From the NCBI GenBank assembly GCA_041905905.1, contig JAYRKE010000009.1:70842-134841 (forward strand): 64,000 bases of DNA, read 5' to 3'. Made by a program: the position numbers and the translations under genes. Positions 1 through 9,199 of this stretch are shown here, piece by piece; within the stretch, counting starts at the first letter, position 1; every line of letters starts with the position of its first letter. The notes below the pieces were generated by a model that was not told the DNA's origin, did not search any database, and saw nothing but the letters and a program-made list of their open reading frames with translations. The stretch is from Afipia sp. Lineage in GTDB: Bacteria > Pseudomonadota > Alphaproteobacteria > Rhizobiales > Xanthobacteraceae.

Positions 1-707
1 GCAGCGGCGGAATCCTCATCGAAAAAATCAGGAAGCGGTATGGCAGCGGCGATACCGCGGTCGACGCCCTGAAAGACATCAATATGCAGGTTGCACCCGG
101 CGAGGTGGTCGGCCTGATCGGCCCGTCGGGCTCGGGCAAGAGTACGTTGCTCAAAGCCCTGGGTGCGGTCATCGACCCGACTGGTGGGCGCATGACCCTC
201 GGCGACGAGACGATCTATAATGATAGCTGGAGCATCCCTGATCTTCGCGCGTTGCGACGCGACAAGATCGGCTTCGTCTTCCAGGCACCCTACCTCATCC
301 CCTTTCTGGACGTCACCGACAATATCGCGCTGCTACCCATGCTGGCCGGCGTCCCCAACAATGAATCCCGTCGACGCGCGCGGGAGCTTCTAAAGGCGCT
401 CGATGTCGAACATCGCGCTACTGCAATGCCCTCGCAACTTTCCGGTGGGGAGCAGCAGCGTGTGGCGATCGCGCGCGGTCTGGTCAATCGGCCGCCGGTT
501 ATTCTTGCTGATGAGCCTACGGCGCCGCTCGACAGCGTGCGAGCGCTGACCGTGATCCGCATTCTCAATGAAATGGCCGCTCAATTCGGAACGGCCATCA
601 TCGTCGTCACGCACGACGAGAAAATCATCCCGACCTTCAAGCGCATCTACCACATCAGAGATGGCGTAACTCTCGAAGAGGCTGGAGAGGGGCGCGGTTT
701 CGAATGA
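1..707 (+). CDS. ABC transporter ATP-binding protein (LolD/MacB-like), 5' end outside window
   Basis: Walker [11 protein letters not shown]-loop FVFQ, signature [14 protein letters not shown], Walker B ILADEPT, VTHD. The frame is open from base 3 ([28 protein letters not shown]...), so the true start lies upstream. Confidence 0.93.
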   Translation, partial: SGGILIEKIRKRYGSGDTAVDALKDINMQVAPGEVVGLIGPSGSGKSTLLKALGAVIDPTGGRMTLGDETIYNDSWSIPDLRALRRDKIGFVFQAPYLIPFLDVTDNIALLPMLAGVPNNESRRRARELLKALDVEHRATAMPSQLSGGEQQRVAIARGLVNRPPVILADEPTAPLDSVRALTVIRILNEMAAQFGTAIIVVTHDEKIIPTFKRIYHIRDGVTLEEAGEGRGFE

Positions 708-1257
708 GCACAGCCTCTCGAACTATATCAACATTCCGTAAGTCGGGAGCGAGCTTGGAGGAGGTGAGAAGCCATGAGCAACATTGTCGAACTATGGCAG
801 ATAACAATACTCAGATGCTTCATTCAGCTCCCGCCTGGCGAGCACTCCTTGTCGTCCCTTTTCATCGAAACTCCAGCACGAAACACACTTCAATGCAGAT
901 GCAAGGTCGATCTTTTTCGACCGGACCTAGGGTGAATTTTCTGCGGAACACTTTCCTGAATTTTTGTGGATTTGCGTTTCTCGCGTTGTTGGGAGTCTTC
1001 CTTATTATGTTGCTTATAATATTCGCTGTGGTGGCGATCGGATTCTACGTAGCCGTTGGCTCTCATAATCTAAGCAGTCGGGCATTGCGGATAGGCTACG
1101 TCAGGGCTGCAAAAATTGGAAAGCTGCTTCGGTGCACCCTGTCAATGATCTCGATTCGGATAAAAAGATCGCTCCTGAAATTGCGATCGAGAACGAAGCG
1201 CTAGGAGCGCGGCCGCCTCATCGCTTGTCATCATGTCAAAATAAGGAGTTTGCACCC

Positions 1258-1668
1258 ATGAGCTTGAATTCATCGACTGCCCCGTCGCGTTTCGATACGA
1301 ACATCAAAACGCATCGTCACACGACATGGCTTATCGTCATGATTGCTGGCGTAGTAATGCAAATGACTAGGGCGCCGGCTCAGGTTTCTGACCCCAACGC
1401 ATCATTGGCGGCAAAGGTTGCCGATGGACGTCCGTGGAAAATGACGATGGAAGATGGTCGTCCCGGCACCCTTATTCTTTTTCAGAATGGGACAGGCAAG
1501 ATGACGGGCGGACTGATGGAGTTGACTCCAAAATGGCGATCGACGCCGGATGGTCTTTGTCTCAAGCCGGGAGCACTGCTTCCTGAGCGTTGTGTGCAAT
1601 TGATTCGCACTAGTAATGGATATGTCGGGCTCCGAGAGGGCAAACAGACCTTCAAATTGGAACGGTAG
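1258..1668 (+). CDS. Hypothetical exported protein
   Basis: AAGGAG RBS before ATG 1258; hydrophobic segment WLIVMIAGVVMQM followed by a soluble beta-rich region. No family recognised. Confidence 0.55.
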   Translation: MSLNSSTAPSRFDTNIKTHRHTTWLIVMIAGVVMQMTRAPAQVSDPNASLAAKVADGRPWKMTMEDGRPGTLILFQNGTGKMTGGLMELTPKWRSTPDGLCLKPGALLPERCVQLIRTSNGYVGLREGKQTFKLER

Positions 1669-1703
1669 TGCGCGCCTTCCGAAATGGATGAGGAGGAAAG
1701 GTC

Positions 1704-2144
1704 ATGGTGTCTGTCTGGACATCAAATCCGGTGATTAAAGTACTTTCTGGAATCGCGATCCTGTTCGGAATAGCTACGCTTGTTTCCGGAGGGCGTGCTC
1801 TTTTTGAGCTACATGGGACAGAAAATTCGGCGGCAAAAATTGTGCCTTTCGTATTGTATTTCAATTTTGCAGCCGGCTTTGCGTATATTATCAGCGGCGT
1901 TGGATTGATTCTGAAACGCAGGTGGGCGCCCGTATCTGCGGTGGCAATTACTATAGCGACCACCATAGTCTTTCTTGGTTTAGGTGGCTGGATATTGGCA
2001 GGCAACGCTTACGAAATGCAGACTGTCGTCGCGATGAGCCTGCGAACGGCATTTTGGTTTGGCGTAAGCGTCATTTCATCAATTAGATGCCGTGAATACT
2101 CGCTTTCGCCCGATGCACAAAACGATCCACCATCGAACCAATAA
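1704..2144 (+). CDS. Small integral membrane protein (about 4 TM), paralog of 11979-12356
   Basis: GAGGAGGA RBS; hydrophobic helices; motif SGGRALF...VPFVLYFNFAAGFAY shared with 11979-12356. Confidence 0.75.
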   Translation: MVSVWTSNPVIKVLSGIAILFGIATLVSGGRALFELHGTENSAAKIVPFVLYFNFAAGFAYIISGVGLILKRRWAPVSAVAITIATTIVFLGLGGWILAGNAYEMQTVVAMSLRTAFWFGVSVISSIRCREYSLSPDAQNDPPSNQ

Positions 2145-2309
2145 TAGTGCGCGGGAACTCCCGTAACAATGAGGAAGCGTTCGGCCACGCTTCCAATGAA
2201 GTCGTGCTCAACGGCGCTGCGATGTCGAGGGGATGGAGTAGGACCGTTCGACTTATACGCATAAGCGCTGGCGCGACTGTTCGAAGTCGAAATGCGAGAA
2301 CATAGCGGA

Positions 2310-2774
2310 TTAACCCTGTTTCAGCACAGTTCCATCCACCTCCTTCACGGTGACATTGAACGGAATGCCAGCGCGCACGCTCTGGGACACGGTGCAGAAA
2401 TCCTCAAACTGTTCCAGTGCACGATCGAGCCGCGGCAGGGTATCGGCCGCGACTCCCAGCGTGATCGCCACATTGACGCCGGTTACGCGCAGCCGGTTCT
2501 GTTCATTGCGGCTAACTTCCCAGGTTGCCGTAGTGACGAGGTGTCCAGGGTCGCCCTTGAACTTGCCGATCGCGAATACCAGGCTGGCTGACAGACAATT
2601 CGCCATCGCAGCTGCCAGCAGATGGGTTGGCGCTGGGCCTGTGCCGTCGCCGATCGGCGGGGTCTCGTCACCCATGATCTGTCCAAGTCCAGGTTCAAAA
2701 TCGATCAGAAACTTGAATTTGTCTTGGCGCGTAATGGTGACAGAGTGCGTTTCGTTCATGAAGCAAGACTCCAT
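2310..2774 (-). CDS. OsmC/Ohr family protein
   Basis: DETPPIGDGTGPAP...LLAAAMANCL and downstream FEDFCTVSQSV: the two conserved Cys of the OsmC fold. Confidence 0.85.
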   Translation of the reverse strand: MESCFMNETHSVTITRQDKFKFLIDFEPGLGQIMGDETPPIGDGTGPAPTHLLAAAMANCLSASLVFAIGKFKGDPGHLVTTATWEVSRNEQNRLRVTGVNVAITLGVAADTLPRLDRALEQFEDFCTVSQSVRAGIPFNVTVKEVDGTVLKQG

Positions 2775-3081
2775 TATCTGGATGGCAAGTGATTATGCAT
2801 GGCATGTCAGCAGATTTAACAGGATGTTCATGCACAGGCTGAGCACCTTCTCTGCTGCCTGACGGTCTGGCAAGGCAACCCTCAATCACGCTTCGCGCCA
2901 TGATCTCTCGACCTTTCGGCACTGAGAGGCACATTTTTATGCCTGACCATTCGGTCTTCAGGAGATTGGCTAAAGCTTCGACAACCGCAGCCTCTTCGTT
3001 CATGTTCGGATGGCCCCCCCCTGAAAGCTCACATCTAGCCCCGCGGTCGCTGCGTAAAAGAAGGGATACGGGTCTTCGGTT

Positions 3082-4200
3082 TCATTGGAGGCGTCCTCGG
3101 ACGAATACCGTCGCCATCGTTAGCGTGGCCAAGGCGATGATCGCCAGCGGCCACAGGCTAGCGAGAATGTCACCGGGCGGCATGGCTTTGAGAAAGCTGC
3201 CTTCGACAATGATGAGGAAGTGGGTCAGCGGAATGGCCTGGGCCAGCCATTGCAGGACCACTGGCATGTTTTCTACCGGTGTAGCAAAGCCGGACATCAG
3301 TACCGCCGGCACGCCAATGGCGAATGCACCCAGAATGGCCTGCTGCTGCGTCATGCTAACCGCGGAAATCATGAGGCCGATGCCGACCACCGACAGGATG
3401 AATAGCACCAGGCTCGCAAGCAGCAACCCGAACGAGCCGGTAAAGGGAATGCCGAACAAAAACACGCCTGCACTGATCATGAAAAGACCCAGCAGGGTGC
3501 CGATCGCTAGCGCCGGCAGTGACTTTGAAATGATGATTTCCGGCGTTGAGGTAGGCGACACCAGTAACTGGTCGAAGGTGCCCAACTCGCGTTCGCGCGC
3601 AATCGACAGCGAGGTGATGAGCAGCGCGCTGAACAGCGCCAGAATACCCGTAAGACCGGGTACGATGAACCAGCGGTAGACCAGGTTCGGATTGAACCAG
3701 TGACGCACGACCACAGGTGTTAGCGCTTGCGCGTCGGGCACGACTTCGGCGCTGACATCGGCCGCTATGGTGGACAGATAGGCGACAGTGATCTGACCGG
3801 AGTTGCTGCGCCGGCCATCGACCAGCACCTGTGTGCGGCCGCTGTCACCGGCAGCAATCGTGCGTGAAAAATCGACTGGGATGGCAAGCGCGGCGATCAC
3901 CTCGCCTCGGTCGATCAACTCGTGTAGATGCCGCTGGCTGTCCACGTGCCGGACTTGGGTGATGAAGCGGGCGCTATTCAGGCGCTGTACCAGTTCGTGC
4001 GACCAGCGGCCCGCATCCTGGTTATACACGGCGATGTCGACATTGCGCACTTCCAGCGTTGCGGCAAAAGCGAACACGAGCAGTTGCAGGATGGGCGGCA
4101 CAAACACCACCATGCGGCTGCGCGGATCGCGTAGGACGCTGAGAATCTCCTTGATGAACTGCGCCCGCAATCGGGTGAAGCTGAAGATGGAGCTGGGCAT
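3082..4200 (-). CDS. ybhR: ABC-2 type exporter permease (YbhR-like)
   Basis: WFNPNL, IARERELGTFDQLLVSP, MSGFATPVENMP motifs; start taken at ATG 4200 (MPSSIFS). Confidence 0.9.
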   Translation of the reverse strand: MPSSIFSFTRLRAQFIKEILSVLRDPRSRMVVFVPPILQLLVFAFAATLEVRNVDIAVYNQDAGRWSHELVQRLNSARFITQVRHVDSQRHLHELIDRGEVIAALAIPVDFSRTIAAGDSGRTQVLVDGRRSNSGQITVAYLSTIAADVSAEVVPDAQALTPVVVRHWFNPNLVYRWFIVPGLTGILALFSALLITSLSIARERELGTFDQLLVSPTSTPEIIISKSLPALAIGTLLGLFMISAGVFLFGIPFTGSFGLLLASLVLFILSVVGIGLMISAVSMTQQQAILGAFAIGVPAVLMSGFATPVENMPVVLQWLAQAIPLTHFLIIVEGSFLKAMPPGDILASLWPLAIIALATLTMATVFVRGRLQ

Positions 4201-4204
4201 GGGC

Positions 4205-5374
4205 CTACTCCAGGTTCTTGCGTGTGGCGCGCTGGGCAAGGATGAAAAACACGACACCGATGGCAGCCATCGCCAATAGATTGCGAGTGAATACCGTCCA
4301 GATATCTCCGGCCAGGAACACCGTCTTGAGCGATTCGACGAAGTAGCGCGCCGGAATCAGCCGGGTAATGGCGCGGATCGGTGCCGGCATGGCGTCAATC
4401 TCGTACAGGAAGCCCGAGAGCATGAAGGCTGGCAAAAAGCCAGTGAACAGCGCGATCTGCGCCGCCAGAAACTGGTTGCGCGCCAGCGATGAGATGAGCA
4501 GACCTTGACCCAGCGCCGGTGCCATGAACACCGCCGACAGCAGTAGCAGCGCTGCCAGCGAGCCGCGCAGCGGCACACCACACCCGAACACGGCCAGCGC
4601 TGCCGCACCCAACGTGGACAGCATGCCGAGCACGAAATACGGCAGTAGCTTGCCGATCAGGATTTCTACCACCGAGGCGGGCGTGGACAGCACGGCCTCC
4701 ATGGTGCCGCGTTCCCATTCGCGCGCCACCACCAGCGCGGTCAGCATGGTGCCGATGATGGTCATCACAATGGCGATGGCGCCGGGGATCAGCGCGCGGC
4801 GGCTCTCGAGTTCGGGGTTGAACCAGTAGCGCGGCTCCAGCACCACGGCCTGGGCGGGCGCTGCAACATCAAGCCCCGCGCGCCAGCTTTGGACCACACC
4901 CCGGGCATAGTTTTCGACGTAGTTGGCGGTGTTGGGATAGGAGCCATCGGTGATGATTTGCACCAGCGGTTCACTGCCCCGCTGGGCCAGACGTCGCTCG
5001 AAGTCCTGCGGGATCACCACGTAGCCACGCAACTCGCCGGAGACGAGCTTGTCGGCCACTTCGCGCCGGTCGTGGGCAAAGTGCGCATCCAGAAAGCGGG
5101 TACCGGAAAAAGCGGCAGCCAACTCTTGCGCGGCGGCGCCGGGTGATTCCAGCACTACGCCGACGCGGACATCCTTGGCATCCAGCGACACTGCATAGGC
5201 AAACAGCAGCAGCAAGACCACCGGCAACACGAACGCGATCAGCAGCGTCGACGGGTCGCGCAGCGCCTGCAGGCTTTCTTTGTAAACCAGTGCCGTGAGG
5301 CGCTGCAGGTTGAAGCGGCGCAGGCTGGCTCGCCTCGCACTATCTCCGTCCTTGGATCGTGGGGCGGCGTTCAT
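4205..5374 (-). CDS. ybhS: ABC-2 type exporter permease (YbhS-like)
   Basis: RDPSTLLIAF, WFNPELES, AREWERGTMEAVLSTP, LSGFLYEIDAMP. Confidence 0.9.
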   Translation of the reverse strand: MNAAPRSKDGDSARRASLRRFNLQRLTALVYKESLQALRDPSTLLIAFVLPVVLLLLFAYAVSLDAKDVRVGVVLESPGAAAQELAAAFSGTRFLDAHFAHDRREVADKLVSGELRGYVVIPQDFERRLAQRGSEPLVQIITDGSYPNTANYVENYARGVVQSWRAGLDVAAPAQAVVLEPRYWFNPELESRRALIPGAIAIVMTIIGTMLTALVVAREWERGTMEAVLSTPASVVEILIGKLLPYFVLGMLSTLGAAALAVFGCGVPLRGSLAALLLLSAVFMAPALGQGLLISSLARNQFLAAQIALFTGFLPAFMLSGFLYEIDAMPAPIRAITRLIPARYFVESLKTVFLAGDIWTVFTRNLLAMAAIGVVFFILAQRATRKNLE

Positions 5375-7152
5375 GCGGTCGCTTCCATTTCACGGTCTGC
5401 GGACTCCACCAGATGAATGAAGGCATCCTCCATGGTCGGATCCGGCCGCTCGGCATTGGCGGTGACACGCTTGAGCGCATCGGGGGTATCCAGCGCAATG
5501 AGTCGGGCACGCGAGAGCATGGCCACCCGGTCGCAGTATTCGGCCTCGTCCATGAAGTGGGTGGTAACCATGATGGTCACGCCCTTGCGCGCCAGGCCGT
5601 TGATGTGAGTCCAAAATTCACGTCGGGTGATGGGATCCACGCCCGAAGTGGGTTCGTCGAGGAACAGCACGGGAGGCCGATGCATGAGCGAGCATGCCAG
5701 TGCCAGGCGCTGCTTGTGCCCCAGCGGCAGGGAATCGGGCGTGGCGGACAACCAGTCGCCCAGATCGAAGGTTGCTATCATCTCCTCGATGCGTTCGCGT
5801 CGTGTATCCCCGTCCAATTGATACACCCCGGCCGAGAACTCCAGGTTTTGCCGCACCGAGAGCAGGCCATAGAGCGAAAACTTTTGCGCCATGTAGCCAA
5901 GTCGGCTCTTTGCCGCGCCGGTCGCTCGGCGCAAATCGTGCCCCACCACATGCGCCTCACCTGCGGTCGGCTTAAGCAGGCCGCACAGCATCTTGAAGGT
6001 GGTGGATTTGCCGGCGCCGTTGGGCCCGAGCAGGCCAAAGATTTCGCCCTTTTGGACCTCGAAGCTGACGTTGTCGGTGGCGGTGAATTCGCCGAAACGC
6101 TTGGTGAGATTCCGACAAGACACGGCAATATCGGAACCCAGTTCGACCGGTGGCAGGCGCTCGGCCAGGGCTGAGGTGCCACCGGGGCCGCCGCCGAGCA
6201 GATCGATGAAGGCGTCCTCGAAGCGAGCGGGTACCGGCGCCAGCCGCACTTGCGCCTGATCGGCCAGCGCCTGGATCTGCTTCGCTTGCGCGCCGTCGCG
6301 CAGCACTACGCGCACGCCAGCCCCCTGAATCACGCCATCGCTCACGCTGTCGAGATCGAGTGCTTCGGTCAGGACCGCCCGGCGCTCGGCGCCCACGTCT
6401 TCCAGACGGAAACTGCGACCTTCGAGCTGTGCAGTCAGTTCTTGCGGCGGGCCATCGAACAAGAGTTGGCCCTGGTTCAGCAACAGCACACTCTCGCAGC
6501 GCTCAGCCTCGTCAAGATAGGCGGTAGACCAGACCACCGCCATGCCTTCGTCGGTGAGTGCCTGTACCATGCGCCACAAATCCTGGCGGCTGACCGGATC
6601 GACTCCTACTCCGGGCTCATCCAGCAAGAGGACCTTGGGCCGCGCCATGAGCGCACAGGCCAAGCCCAGCTTCTGTTTCATACCACCGGAGAGCTTTCCA
6701 GCCAGACGCTTGGTAAAGGGGCCAAGCCGCGTGAAGTCGAGCAACTCAGCAAACAGATCGGCGTTGCGGTCCGCGTCCATGCCGCGCAACTGTGCATACA
6801 GGCGCATGTTCTCGATCACTGACAGGTCTTCATACAAACCGAAGCGCTGCGGCATGTAACCACTGGCGACGTGAATGGCGTCGTTGTCCCGCACCACGTC
6901 GTACCCGGCCAACGTGACGTGGCCGGCGTTGGGTGCCAGGAGGCCGGTCAGAATCCGCATCAGCGTCGTCTTGCCAGCGCCGTCCGGGCCAACCAGACCC
7001 GTCAATCGCCCGTAGTGGATGCGCGCACTCAAATTCCGCAAGGCCCGTACGTCGCCAAAATGCTTGTCCACACCTTCGATCACGACGGCTGCGGCATCTG
7101 CGTTTGCGTTCGAGCTGTTCGGCGCAGCTGCAATAACGGCGCTCGCTTGCAT
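5371..7152 (-). CDS. ybhF: Double-domain ABC ATP-binding protein (YbhF-like)
   Basis: Two Walker A motifs (GPDGAGKTT, GPNGAGKST), LSGGMKQKL, LLDEP/FLDEPT; 4-bp overlap with the permease. Confidence 0.93.
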   Translation of the reverse strand: MQASAVIAAAPNSSNANADAAAVVIEGVDKHFGDVRALRNLSARIHYGRLTGLVGPDGAGKTTLMRILTGLLAPNAGHVTLAGYDVVRDNDAIHVASGYMPQRFGLYEDLSVIENMRLYAQLRGMDADRNADLFAELLDFTRLGPFTKRLAGKLSGGMKQKLGLACALMARPKVLLLDEPGVGVDPVSRQDLWRMVQALTDEGMAVVWSTAYLDEAERCESVLLLNQGQLLFDGPPQELTAQLEGRSFRLEDVGAERRAVLTEALDLDSVSDGVIQGAGVRVVLRDGAQAKQIQALADQAQVRLAPVPARFEDAFIDLLGGGPGGTSALAERLPPVELGSDIAVSCRNLTKRFGEFTATDNVSFEVQKGEIFGLLGPNGAGKSTTFKMLCGLLKPTAGEAHVVGHDLRRATGAAKSRLGYMAQKFSLYGLLSVRQNLEFSAGVYQLDGDTRRERIEEMIATFDLGDWLSATPDSLPLGHKQRLALACSLMHRPPVLFLDEPTSGVDPITRREFWTHINGLARKGVTIMVTTHFMDEAEYCDRVAMLSRARLIALDTPDALKRVTANAERPDPTMEDAFIHLVESADREMEATA

Positions 7153-7153
7153 C

Positions 7154-8185
7154 TCAACGTTTCCCTATGGGACCGGGCTTAGCATCAACCTCGATCGTCA
7201 CCGGCATGCCCTGGCGCAAAGCGGTGTCATGATCGGCTTCGTCGATGACGATGCGCAGGCGATACACCAGGTCCGTGCGCAAATCCGTCGTCTCCACCGT
7301 CTTGGGTGTAAATTCGGCGCGCGGTGAGATAAAGCCGATCTGACCGCGATAAATCTTTCCCGCAGAATCGCTCTTAACACGCACCGCGGTGCCGGGCGCG
7401 ATCCGCCCCAAATCCGGCTCACCGATGTAAGCGCGCACGTACACAGGCTTGTCCAGACTCAGGCTGTAGACCGTGCTCTGGCTCGCAACCATACTGCCGG
7501 GTTCACGTACCCGCGCGATAACGGTTCCGTCACTGGGTGCCATCAATTCGGTATCCGCAAGAGAGATAGTGGCTTGCGCCTGTGCTGCTTGCGCGGCAGC
7601 GAGACGTCCGGCCGCAGCGGCGATGTCCTCCTCGCGAAAACCTTCGAATGCCTGCGACAGCGCAGCCTTGGCTGCCTCAACGCTAGCGGCTGCCTGGTCT
7701 CGAGCCGTGCGGGCGGCGTCGGCTGCGCGCTGGGTAGTGGACCCTGACGCAAGCAGACTGCTTTGACGCTGATAGTTGCGCTCAGCGTCAATGGCGACAA
7801 CCTGCGCCTGTTTGAGCGCCTCTCGCGCCTGGGTAATTTCCTGCGGACGCAAACCGCGGCGCAGTTTGGCGAGTTCTGCCTGCGCCACCTGCACCTGAGC
7901 CTGCGCTGCAGCAAGTGCAGCACGATAGGGCTGCGCATCAAGAGCGGCCAGGCGTGTGCCGGCGCTGACGGCATCGCCCTCATCGAAAGCCATTTGAGCC
8001 ACGCGCCCAGGCTGACGAAAGGCCAATTGCACCTCGCGGATGTCGACGTTGCCATAGAGGCGTAGCAGGTCAGTATTCTTGTTGGTGCGCTGTATCCATA
8101 AGAACGCAGCACCAAGACCCAGGACGAAAACCGCCCCGAAGACGATCGCCAGTTTCGCGGTGCGAGAGGAAGCAATTTTGATCAT
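7154..8185 (-). CDS. ybhG: HlyD family membrane-fusion protein (YbhG-like)
   Basis: N-terminal TM, LYGNVDIREV, coiled coil, FISPRAEFTPKTVETTDLRTDLVYR, LRQGMPVT. Confidence 0.92.
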   Translation of the reverse strand: MIKIASSRTAKLAIVFGAVFVLGLGAAFLWIQRTNKNTDLLRLYGNVDIREVQLAFRQPGRVAQMAFDEGDAVSAGTRLAALDAQPYRAALAAAQAQVQVAQAELAKLRRGLRPQEITQAREALKQAQVVAIDAERNYQRQSSLLASGSTTQRAADAARTARDQAAASVEAAKAALSQAFEGFREEDIAAAAGRLAAAQAAQAQATISLADTELMAPSDGTVIARVREPGSMVASQSTVYSLSLDKPVYVRAYIGEPDLGRIAPGTAVRVKSDSAGKIYRGQIGFISPRAEFTPKTVETTDLRTDLVYRLRIVIDEADHDTALRQGMPVTIEVDAKPGPIGKR

Positions 8186-8273
8186 CGCATGCGTCCCATC
8201 CGCTCAATTCCAACGAGCTTTATGGTGCGCTGGTTCGACGTTGGCTCGCCGAGAGCATGGACGTAGAGAGCTT

Positions 8274-8897
8274 TCATTGCGCCGCTTCAATGCCGCGGCG
8301 ATAGATGGCAAACACGGCTGGTGCCTCGCGACGAATCCGATTGACCTTGCCGGCCAACAATGACTGCATGACCAATCCTTGGATGGTACCAATGAACAGC
8401 ACGGCGGCAGCATCCACGTCCAGTTCCGCGTCCAACTCGCCATGCGCCTTGCCTTCTTCCATCAAGCGGCGCAGTCGCTGTTCGTATTGACGGATTAAGG
8501 TCTGCACCATGCGCTTCGCGAGCGTCTCGCCAGAGCGCTGTAGCTCCCCGAACAGCATGCGTGGCACGCCAGGATGTTTGGCCACGAAGTCGATATGCGT
8601 CATGAACATGGCTTCGAGCGCCGCAACAGGGGATGCGGCGCCTTCGGCCGCCTTGTCCACGCTGATCAGCAACCGTTCGCTGACCCAGGACATCGTTGCT
8701 TCCAGGATCGCGTCCTTGTTGGGGAAGTGACGAAATAGCGCACCCTGCGTCAAACCCATCCGATCAGCGATAGCCGCGGTCGTGATCTCGGCCGGATTTT
8801 GCTGGGCTGCCAGGTCGACCACGGCTTGCACTGTGGCGGCTCGGCGCTCGTCGGCGGGCAGGTATTGAGAGCGATCATTCACGATCTGGAACTCCAA
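8274..8897 (-). CDS. TetR/AcrR family transcriptional regulator
   Basis: HTH TTAAIADRMGLTQGALFRHFPNKDAI; first gene of the exporter operon. Confidence 0.92.
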   Translation of the reverse strand: MEFQIVNDRSQYLPADERRAATVQAVVDLAAQQNPAEITTAAIADRMGLTQGALFRHFPNKDAILEATMSWVSERLLISVDKAAEGAASPVAALEAMFMTHIDFVAKHPGVPRMLFGELQRSGETLAKRMVQTLIRQYEQRLRRLMEEGKAHGELDAELDVDAAAVLFIGTIQGLVMQSLLAGKVNRIRREAPAVFAIYRRGIEAAQ

Positions 8898-8903
8898 AAA
8901 GCA

Positions 8904-8923
8904 GGTGATTTGTTACTATCTTA
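8904..8923 (-). promoter_or_regulatory. Putative TetR operator upstream of tetR
   Basis: Minus strand TAAGATAGTAACAAATCACC is 17/20 identical to the site at 9158-9177 upstream of phaC. Confidence 0.6.
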
Positions 8924-9157
8924 GCACTCAAAATAACCTTTATGGAAGAAAGAGAATTTGGTTATTCGGCACGGGATTGAGTCTGGTTTTGATGTTCGGG
9001 AATGAGCGGTTTGGTTCGGAGTGGTTTGTGGCGTCGTTACGGCTCAAGCCGTATCGAAGAGCTCTTGTGCCGACGTCAGTCAGGAAGCGAGCCGTGCGCA
9101 CTGATGCCAGAAACGGTTATCTGATGAGATGTGGGTTGCATATCCTAGTATGATCTA

Positions 9158-9177
9158 TAAGATAGTAACAGATTACT
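9158..9177 (+). promoter_or_regulatory. Putative TetR operator upstream of phaC
   Basis: TAAGATAGTAACAGATTACT containing the dyad AGTAA-CAGA-TTACT, ending 22 bp before the phaC ATG. Confidence 0.6.
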
Positions 9178-9199
9178 CGCTAATTAAAAAGAGCTGGAG

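Noticed and set aside
704-1204. 166-aa ORF with a hydrophobic stretch
   Set aside because: It lies in an AT-rich intergenic region, has no family motif and overlaps the next gene; the hydrophobic run may just reflect T-richness.
2820-3060. Possible DsrE-like remnant upstream of osmC (GIKMCLSVPKGREIMARSVIEG)
   Set aside because: The similarity is too weak to support without an HMM search.
5359-6822. Long antisense ORFs over ybhF, and similar ones over trbE, ilvD, acr3 and the integrase
   Set aside because: These are shadow frames expected in GC-rich coding DNA, with no independent motifs.
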